IMG/VR virus record: IMGVR_UViG_3300029784_000200
Source of the DNA: a virus
Length of the DNA stretch: 64,000 nt
Reading direction: 5' to 3' (one strand)
Notes under the pieces: model-generated
The model's database searches: none
What the model was told of the DNA's origin: nothing
The model's input: the letters and a program-made list of their open reading frames with translations, nothing else
Shown here: in pieces, positions 57,485 through 64,000 of the stretch
Position numbering within the stretch: the stretch's first letter is position 1
How the letters are laid out: every line of letters starts with the position of its first letter
Position numbers and translations under genes: made by a program

Positions 57485-57874
57485 GGGCATCCCCGTACAT
57501 ACGGGGCTAACTAATATGAGCGAGCCAACATGGTATGTCGGGGTGCATCCCCGCGTATACGGGGCAGATTGGCAAAAATTTTCCAGTCCACTCGATAATC
57601 ATCGGTGCATCCCCGTGCGCACGGGGCAGATAACAGATTTCTTACGAGGCACACTTCCTGTCTTGGCTCATCCCCGTGTATACGGGGCAGATTTTTGTCG
57701 ATACCGATAGGCCCTGAACGATGTGGATTCATCCCCGCGCGCGGGGGCAGATTCAATTCCCGGATCATGAGTCATGCCACCATTCGGTTCATCCCCGTGC
57801 ATACGGGGCAGATGCAATTTTGCTTTCACCTAACTGCTGTACGTACGGCTCATCCCCGTACATACGGGGCGGAT
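57485..57874 (-). CRISPR. CRISPR array 2: 7 repeats of the same I-E-like family, inverted relative to array 1
   Basis: Plus-strand GGCTCATCCCCGTACATACGGGGCAGAT is the reverse complement of ATCTGCCCCGTATGTACGGGGATGAGCC. Repeats at ~57485, 57542, 57603, 57664, 57725, 57786 and 57847. Confidence 0.9.
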
Positions 57875-57946
57875 ACTAAATCCTCAAAAAAGTCCTCTGG
57901 GTCGATGGATAAGCGGTTTCTTTTGTCCCGGCTTCCTACGATAAAA

Positions 57947-57998
57947 TCAGTATGTATCATTTCTTTTAGATATATTTTTGCGGATAACACTTTTTGGT
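57947..57998 (-). promoter_or_regulatory. leader promoter of array 2: element box - N20 - CATACTGA (copy 14)
   Basis: Reverse complement of 57976-57998 is the 23-bp box; TCAGTATG at 57947-57954; leader end GAGGATTTAGTAT matches the array 1 leaders. Confidence 0.6.
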
Positions 57999-58084
57999 CA
58001 AAAAACAGACGGATACAAAATCCTTCTGCTATTCAGAAAATATCCTCATCCGGACAATGCATCCGGCTATTCACACAAAAACAG

Positions 58085-58103
58085 GGTGTTACCGGGGAAC
58101 ACC
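58085..58103. promoter_or_regulatory. near-palindrome GGTGTTACCGGGGAACACC (copy 7 of 7)
   Basis: About 60 nt upstream of CCATACTGA at 58150. Confidence 0.5.
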
Positions 58104-58209
58104 CTTATTTTAACGTCCAAAACAAAAAAAACTGGATACCAGCCAGCTGTCTAAAATCCATACTGATACCGTAATCATACATATCATAAGGAATAGGAGG
58201 AAAGAAAAA

Positions 58210-59535
58210 ATGGAAGAAACAAAAAAAGGAACACCTGAAGTCTTGGATACTGAGCGGATGCCGGAGCCGGAAGCGATCCCACGGGATTATGTGGAGATGA
58301 CATTCGTAAAGGAAACTGCGACCGGAAGGGGAAGAAACGAGATCTTCATCATGGAGAACTTGAAGGATGGCACCATGAAGGTTACACAGGGACGAGTCGG
58401 AATCACAATTGGCCGCTATAAGCCAAAATCCGTAATCCATCCATATTCGGACTGGGACTGGATCTACCGGTCACGCATTGCCAGGGGATACATGGCGACG
58501 AAAACGGTGAAAATGGACCGAATCGAAGTTACCAAAGGCTCAGGAAACGAGCAGGCGGATTATAAACCGATCGAAAACCCGGACGTATCCATGTTCGTCG
58601 AAAACCTGCTGCGGTATGCAAAGTATACCTTTGAAGCATCCTACACGATCCGCGTCGATAACATTTCCGACGAAATGATCAAACTGGGAGAAAAGATCTT
58701 AAAAGAACTTTCAACCGGATATGGGGAGATGAGCGTACCGGAGTTCAACAATAAGCTGAAACTTTTGTACGCAGTGATCCCGAGACGTATGGATAACTTA
58801 TCCAAGCATCTGGCGAAGCACAAACAGGATTTTGCGGCGATCGTGATCGAAGAGCAGGACCTGTTCGACATCATGGTTTCCCAGGTACGCGGTGCGACAC
58901 TGGAAAAACATGCGGAAACGACGATCCTGGAAGCAAACGGCGTGGAAGTGCGCCCGGTCACAGAGGAAGAGGAAGCGTACTTAAAAGGTCTTTTAAAAGG
59001 AAGCGCATCCAAATACCAGAAAGCGTACCGGGTCATCAATCATGAAACGGAAAAGGCATTTGATGAATTCGCTAACCGGGAAGGCTTAAGTGACGGAAAA
59101 GAGAACGGCATCTGCCATCTTTTCCACGGAACCAAACATGCCAACGTCTGGTCAATCCTAACGACCGGCTTAAAGAACCGTCCGCCAAAGGATGTGGTGA
59201 CCACTGGAAAGGCGTACGGAATTGGAACCTATTTTGCTCCGGACGCAATCAAATCCCTTGGATATACGTCGAGGGCGGGCTCCAAATGGGCAAACGGGGA
59301 CCAGGCATACGGACTTATGTTTATCTGCAAGGTGGCGACCGGAAAACCAGATCAATATTACAACGGACATTTGGGATGTGATTCATCTTTAAATTTCGGG
59401 AAACTGCAGACGATCCAACCGGGAGCATTGTGTACCTGGGCGGAATGCCGGTATTCCGGGTTTATGATGGATGAAGTCATCGTCTACCAGGATGAACAGT
59501 CAACCGTGGAATATATTCTGCAGATCGGTATGTAA
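58210..59535 (+). CDS. WGR-domain + PARP-like ADP-ribosyltransferase catalytic domain protein (441 aa)
   Basis: N-terminal ...TATGRGRNEIFIMENLKDGTMKVTQGRVG (WGR-like). C-terminal HLFHGTKHANVWSILTTGL...GKAYGIGTYFAPDAIKSLGY...MMDEVIVYQDEQ parallels the PARP H-G-[ST] / Y / E catalytic signature. Confidence 0.65.
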   Translation: MEETKKGTPEVLDTERMPEPEAIPRDYVEMTFVKETATGRGRNEIFIMENLKDGTMKVTQGRVGITIGRYKPKSVIHPYSDWDWIYRSRIARGYMATKTVKMDRIEVTKGSGNEQADYKPIENPDVSMFVENLLRYAKYTFEASYTIRVDNISDEMIKLGEKILKELSTGYGEMSVPEFNNKLKLLYAVIPRRMDNLSKHLAKHKQDFAAIVIEEQDLFDIMVSQVRGATLEKHAETTILEANGVEVRPVTEEEEAYLKGLLKGSASKYQKAYRVINHETEKAFDEFANREGLSDGKENGICHLFHGTKHANVWSILTTGLKNRPPKDVVTTGKAYGIGTYFAPDAIKSLGYTSRAGSKWANGDQAYGLMFICKVATGKPDQYYNGHLGCDSSLNFGKLQTIQPGALCTWAECRYSGFMMDEVIVYQDEQSTVEYILQIGM

Positions 59536-59549
59536 AAAAGGAGAGAGAT

Positions 59550-62396
59550 ATGGAAACCAAAGAGAAAAGAAACACGGAAGAAATGATATGGAAAACGACG
59601 GATGATACCGCGTCCGCATATCTGGTGCATAAGAAAAGTTCCGAGTTCCGCGGTGCGGAGCGCTGCTCCACGTTACGGCGTTATGACGGACTCAGCAAGC
59701 TCCTGGATACGGTCAAAGAGTCCAATTTTGATGAAGCGATCCTTGCGAAGGATATCATGAAAGGCTATCTGACCGGAAAGTATCAGATCAAGGATTTCAG
59801 GGGACTCATCGACGAGGGACTGGACGATGACCAGATGATGCTCGGGGAACAGCGCGATGGCAAAGCGAAGCGCTTATACTCGATCCTGGAACGTGCGGCC
59901 CTGGCGGAAAAACGGCATGCTTCCCTGGTCAAACGCGCAAAAGTCTATGCCGGACGCTATGAAGTGACCGTAACACCAGATGTACTGTTCCGGACCGCGC
60001 ACAGTGTGGAGCTGGTGTTATACCGCGTCGGAAAGCCGACCGTGACCCAGAACGGCAAAAAACAGGATGCATCCGTAAACAACTGTCTGGAACTGTATTT
60101 CCTGCTGAAATATGCCAGGAGGTTCGTCCCGGATGGGAAAGCCATGGACGTGAAAGCTTCCTATTATTTTTTAAGGAAGAAAACCGATAAGGCGACGGAA
60201 CTGGCGAATGAAGACTTCTTTGAAACAAAAGGCGGAAACATCGTCACCCTGACGGAAGAAAACTACATCGGAGGAACGACTGCGCCAGGAGAGCTGGACG
60301 AGCAGTTCCTTACGCAGTTAGATGAATTCACACAGGGTACAGACGCCTGCACGGAGGAAGCCTGCAAGTACTGTAAGATGCACTCCCAGTGTTACTGGCA
60401 GAAAACTCCGGAAAAATACGAAAAGAAAACCCTGTCCGGAAAACAGGGCGTGATCGTCCCGTCGGATGAACAGCAGGCGGTCATCGATTGCAGGTCCGGC
60501 TACTGCAAGGTTAATGCGGGAGCGGGTACCGGAAAGACAGAGTGTATGACGGAACGCGGAGCAAGGATGTTCGCGGAAGGTACGGACCCGCACAAAATGC
60601 TGTTCATCACCTTTACGGAGGCAGGCGCAACGGAAATGAAGGAGCGTTTGGTAAAGAAGACAGCTGCGAGGGGCCTTGCTATCACAGAAGCGGACATCAT
60701 GGCCATGACGTTCAATGCTTTTGATTACCAGATTATCAAGGAAAATTATGAGGAACTGGGGTTTGAGACGATGCCGAAGGTCGTGGGGCGTGTCAAAAGC
60801 GCCGCGATCTTAACGAGGCTGATGGATGAAAAGCCCGTGAGTGGGCTGGACTACTTAAACTACACAATGGACGGCGGTGCCTTAAGCTGTGCGCAGAAGA
60901 TTATGGAAATCATTAAAACGGAAAAGCTGGACCCTGACGAACAGGGAGCGCCATACCTGCTCGAAGCGGCCATCGCGGATACGGGACTTGCGAAATACCT
61001 GGAACACGTCTCCATGCAGGATCTTTTGGAACTCTACAAAGAGTACGATGCGGAGTTAAAAAAGGACAACCTGATCCAGTTTGCCGACCAGGAACCGCTT
61101 GCGGATAAATTCCTGGATGCGCATCCGGATTATTTGGAGGAGCGTTACGGATTCGCGCACATCATCGTGGATGAGTTCCAGGATTCCAATGACGGGCAGC
61201 TCGACAAGATCAACCGGCTGCGCAACTGTAAAAGCTGCAAGAGCCTGATGGTAGTCGGAGATGACGCGCAGGCGATCTACTCATTCCGACACACTTCTCC
61301 GGAAAACATGATCCATTTCTTTGAAAAGCTGAATGTGACCGGAACGGAGCTGTTCTTAACGCAGAACCGCAGGAGCAGGCAGGAGATCATCGAACTGTCA
61401 AACGCACTGATCGACTTAAACACAGAAAAGGTTGATAAGACCATGCAGTCCACCAGAGGAGCCGGCGGCCGGACAGAAGTAAAGGGATTTTTCAAAAAGG
61501 CAGTCGAATACGAATGGATCGCGACGCAGATCGGGGAATTGATCGATAGCGGCGTTCAGCCGGAGTCAATTGCGTTCATCGCTTATACCCGCGCGGAGAT
61601 CACGGATATGAGTGCGGTGCTTTCCAGGCACGGGATTCCATGGGTCATGAAAAACCCGCTGCTATTAAAAGATAACAGCCGCGTGAACGCCGCCATGTCA
61701 CTGGCTATGGCATTCTATGACCCGGACGCGACCAAATCCTACTTTGATTACCTGGTTGCCAGGTATGACGGGGACCTGTTAAATCAGATGAATGATGAAA
61801 CGCTGACCGAGCAGGTGGACCAGATGCGGGAGGATTTCCTGGCAATGGAAGATCTGCCGTTTACAGCTCAGCGCGCGAAGTTCCACGAATATCTGGACGC
61901 GATCCGGGGAGAGGATGAGGTTTACGCTTACTTCCTGGAACAGCTTTATGATAACGAAGATCTTCAGAGTGAACTGGAATATGTCATGGAGTTTAAGCGG
62001 TTCGGAGATAAAGAAGAAAAAAAGATGGAACAGAGTTACGAAGGCGTTGTCCTGACCACTGCGCATTCTTCCAAGGGACTGGAATGGGAATATGTATTCA
62101 ACAGTATTTCCAAATACGATTCCGAGTGGCTGCACAGTAGCGGAAAGAAAGCGAAGGAAAGACTCGAAGAAACGAGACGTCTCCTCTTTGTGTCCATGAC
62201 CCGCGCTAGGGATGAACTGACCGTCACGGGCCAGTATATCGCATTCGGCACGAAAGAAACCGGTTATACCAACAACCAGTTCTTAGAGGAAGTCCATAAA
62301 CTCCTCGGTGTAACGTATGATCCGGTGGATCATGAAGCAGAAAAAAAGAAAGCAGAAAAGGAAAAGAAAGGAAAAAAGGCAGCGCCAGCTGCGTAA
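59550..62396 (+). CDS. UvrD/PcrA-family SF1 helicase with ~300-aa N-terminal Cys-cluster domain (948 aa)
   Basis: Motif I NAGAGTGKTE; motif II IIVDEFQDSND; motif III VVGDDAQAIYSFR; C-terminal TAHSSKGLEWEYVF...FVSMTRARDEL. N-terminal DACTEEACKYCKMHSQC. Confidence 0.8.
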   Translation: METKEKRNTEEMIWKTTDDTASAYLVHKKSSEFRGAERCSTLRRYDGLSKLLDTVKESNFDEAILAKDIMKGYLTGKYQIKDFRGLIDEGLDDDQMMLGEQRDGKAKRLYSILERAALAEKRHASLVKRAKVYAGRYEVTVTPDVLFRTAHSVELVLYRVGKPTVTQNGKKQDASVNNCLELYFLLKYARRFVPDGKAMDVKASYYFLRKKTDKATELANEDFFETKGGNIVTLTEENYIGGTTAPGELDEQFLTQLDEFTQGTDACTEEACKYCKMHSQCYWQKTPEKYEKKTLSGKQGVIVPSDEQQAVIDCRSGYCKVNAGAGTGKTECMTERGARMFAEGTDPHKMLFITFTEAGATEMKERLVKKTAARGLAITEADIMAMTFNAFDYQIIKENYEELGFETMPKVVGRVKSAAILTRLMDEKPVSGLDYLNYTMDGGALSCAQKIMEIIKTEKLDPDEQGAPYLLEAAIADTGLAKYLEHVSMQDLLELYKEYDAELKKDNLIQFADQEPLADKFLDAHPDYLEERYGFAHIIVDEFQDSNDGQLDKINRLRNCKSCKSLMVVGDDAQAIYSFRHTSPENMIHFFEKLNVTGTELFLTQNRRSRQEIIELSNALIDLNTEKVDKTMQSTRGAGGRTEVKGFFKKAVEYEWIATQIGELIDSGVQPESIAFIAYTRAEITDMSAVLSRHGIPWVMKNPLLLKDNSRVNAAMSLAMAFYDPDATKSYFDYLVARYDGDLLNQMNDETLTEQVDQMREDFLAMEDLPFTAQRAKFHEYLDAIRGEDEVYAYFLEQLYDNEDLQSELEYVMEFKRFGDKEEKKMEQSYEGVVLTTAHSSKGLEWEYVFNSISKYDSEWLHSSGKKAKERLEETRRLLFVSMTRARDELTVTGQYIAFGTKETGYTNNQFLEEVHKLLGVTYDPVDHEAEKKKAEKEKKGKKAAPAA

Positions 62397-62408
62397 TACT
62401 TCTGACTA

Positions 62409-62446
62409 AAAACAAGACCCGGGCCAAGCGTCCGGGTCTTTTTCTG
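62409..62446 (+). terminator. Rho-independent terminator
   Basis: AAGACCCGGGCCAAGCGTCCGGGTCTT followed by TTTCT. Confidence 0.6.
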
Positions 62447-62448
62447 AC

Positions 62449-62471
62449 CAAAAAGTGTTATCCGCAAAAAA
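62449..62471 (+). promoter_or_regulatory. element promoter box (copy 15); CCATACTGA lies farther downstream at 62565
   Basis: CCAAAAAGTGTTATCCGCAAAAA exact; atypically long box-to-CATACTGA spacing. Confidence 0.45.
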
Positions 62472-62641
62472 ACATGATACGACTGCTGCCCCATCTGGTC
62501 GCACAAAAAGAATATCCGTTTTGCAGACGGCGAAAATACAACGTTTTAACGCGACTCTATCGCCATACTGAGCATAGCATGAGATGAAAGGAATTGAGAA
62601 ACATCGAAATGCAAAAAAAAGAACAAAGGAGAAAAAAAACT

Positions 62642-63679
62642 ATGAAGATTGAGAGAACAAAAAAAGGCACTGAGATCGTGAGCAAGCTGGATGGCAAGAA
62701 CTACCGTGTTACAGCAGTGCTCTGTGATGAAGCAGGAAAGGTGACCGAAGCCACAGCTGCAGAAATGATCGAGAACGAGGGCGAAGAAGTGGAATTATCC
62801 ACAGAACATATCGTCCAGATCACGGAGGCAAATGCTCTGGCATTCCGCATCACAAAAGACGCGAAGCCGGAAACCGTTGTGACAGGTTTTTCTGTCATTG
62901 ACGGAAACCTGTACCAGGACGGGCGCCAGATTGAGCAGGGCCAGTTAAAGGTCTTATCCGTACTGTCTTCCCATATCGGGGCAGTGTTACTGGCAGTAGA
63001 AAGCGGAGATAATGTGGCACTCATGACTTATGAGCCGGACCGCGATTATTTCCGTAAGATTTTCGTGGATCTCAGTGAAGTTCCGGAAGTCCTGAAGGTG
63101 TCCGGGGAGACCTGTCTGATGGCGATCGAGCACACCAAGGAGGTCGAGGCAGAAAAAGATGGTCAGAAGGAGAAAAAGACTGTCTTTGCCGGAACCACTC
63201 TGATCCTGTATCAGAACGGTAACCACAGCGCCACAGTTCACGAGACCAGCGCAAAGTACGGTCTTACAGAGGCGTTGTATACGGAAAGCCCGTTCGGACT
63301 GGACGCATGGTTCCCGTGCGATGCAGTCGCAGGGGAAGATGCGGATCCGGTTGCATATAAAGTGCGTCGCTGGACTCGCTTCGCGTTATATGATGCGATC
63401 ACCTGCAAGGACTTCGTAGAAATGAACGGAGCACTGCATGCCACATGGTCTCATGCGTACAAGTGTTACGTACTGCATAACGATGACCGTTTGTACGTAG
63501 ATGGCACTGGTTTAGACATCAAGAGCCCGCTTGTTGAGAAGATCGGGGATAAGATCCTGATTGACGTAAACAAAAAAGAGGGAGTATACCGTCTGACCTT
63601 CAGCGACAGCGACTACCAGTTCGTAACCATGGTCAGCAGAAAGACGGCTGACCGCGGCCTGATCGTTACCATCGAGTAA
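62642..63679 (+). CDS. hypothetical protein (345 aa)
   Basis: ATG at 62642 ten nt after AAAGGAGAAAAAAAACT. The track start at 62594 is a TTG with a weaker RBS. Confidence 0.5.
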   Translation: MKIERTKKGTEIVSKLDGKNYRVTAVLCDEAGKVTEATAAEMIENEGEEVELSTEHIVQITEANALAFRITKDAKPETVVTGFSVIDGNLYQDGRQIEQGQLKVLSVLSSHIGAVLLAVESGDNVALMTYEPDRDYFRKIFVDLSEVPEVLKVSGETCLMAIEHTKEVEAEKDGQKEKKTVFAGTTLILYQNGNHSATVHETSAKYGLTEALYTESPFGLDAWFPCDAVAGEDADPVAYKVRRWTRFALYDAITCKDFVEMNGALHATWSHAYKCYVLHNDDRLYVDGTGLDIKSPLVEKIGDKILIDVNKKEGVYRLTFSDSDYQFVTMVSRKTADRGLIVTIE

Positions 63680-64000
63680 GCGATACGACTGTAACCGCAA
63701 AAACAACACCCAAGGGGCTGTCGCACTAGCAAATATTTTTTGCTGGGCGGCAGCCCTGCTTTATGCCCAAATGGGGGCGAAATCGGTTGTGATTTCGCCC
63801 CTGTCCCTTATAAACACAGTTCATTCCCAGACATCCCTTTCGGCATGCCTGATTTCAAACTGTTTTGTTTTCAACCATTAAAATCTATGCTGTCTTTAAT
63901 GAAAAAAGATGACTCCCCGTTCTTCCGGTCTGAATCTTGCAATGAAGCTTATTGATATTTCGTCCCATCGCCAAAAGGATGCTCTCTGCCAGTGCATTTG

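Noticed and set aside
44060-57874. Self-targeting spacers against this window
   Set aside because: Visual comparison of several spacers (e.g. the duplicated 1b/1c spacer, array-2 spacers) found no protospacer within the 64 kb. An exhaustive search needs a computational alignment of all 28 spacers.
4176-62471. Resemblance of the reverse complement of the 23-bp box (GCGGATAACA) to the lac operator core, and of CATAC to sporulation sigma-E/K -10 elements (CATACA-T / CATA---TA)
   Set aside because: The box lacks the dyad symmetry a LacI-family site requires. The sigma-E/K -35 elements are absent at the right spacing. Noted only as a possible lead for which sigma-like factor reads CATACTGA.

Overview
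This 64-kb window looks like part of a plasmid- or phage-plasmid-like mobile element from a Gram-positive (Firmicutes/Clostridia-like) host, about 50% GC, with AGGAGG-type ribosome-binding sites (RBS). All family assignments below come from motif reading of the six-frame translations; no database search was run.

**Maintenance and replication backbone**
- A ParA/ParB partition pair (6465-8881) with a near-consensus parS just upstream.
- A RepA_N-like initiator with winged helix-turn-helix (9358-10443) flanked by an AT-rich DnaA-box region and a ~2-kb iteron field (17 copies of a 35-bp unit).
- DNA metabolism genes: a partial 5'-3' exonuclease, NAD-dependent ligase (LigA), a superfamily-2 (SF2) DEAH helicase, PIN-PhoH ATPase, topoisomerase III, a tandem-OB-fold SSB-like protein, HU, and a UvrD-family helicase.

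**The standout locus is 43.9-58.0 kb**
- A compact type I-E Cascade-only operon: a Cas8e(Cse1)-Cas11(Cse2) fusion ORF, then cas7e, cas5e, cas6e. No cas3, cas1 or cas2 is present in the window.
- Upstream are four tandem leader+array modules (21 repeats in total); an inverted fifth array with 7 repeats lies downstream.
- Immediately downstream of the cas operon sit an LCP-family gene, hup, and an IscB (OMEGA) nuclease gene with a GC-rich structured upstream region that is a candidate omegaRNA.
- That upstream region contains a 70-nt IS200/605-end-like segment, including the last 9 codons of a tnpB. The same segment recurs at the 3' end of a truncated tnpB at 29.7 kb.

**Other notable features**
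- An element-wide promoter architecture: a strictly conserved 23-bp box CCAAAAAGTGTTATCCGCAAAAA, then about 20 nt, then CATACTGA. It occurs 15 times and drives the CRISPR leaders, topB, the helicase and the tnpB fragment, among others. At least 10 more genes have the CATACTG element alone.
- A 420-aa protein collinear with the first ~350 residues of bacterial RNA polymerase beta-prime (clamp and clamp helices), lacking the zinc ribbon and the catalytic domain.
- A 19-bp palindrome GGTGTTCCCCGGGAACACC present 7 times.
- A 1.4-kb noncoding tract containing four perfect 61-bp tandem repeats.
- A WGR-PARP-like protein, an ADP-ribosylglycohydrolase-like protein, and HD-GYP, NYN and HAD-nucleotidase accessory genes.
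- A probable frameshifted gene for a secreted cell-wall-binding-repeat protein.
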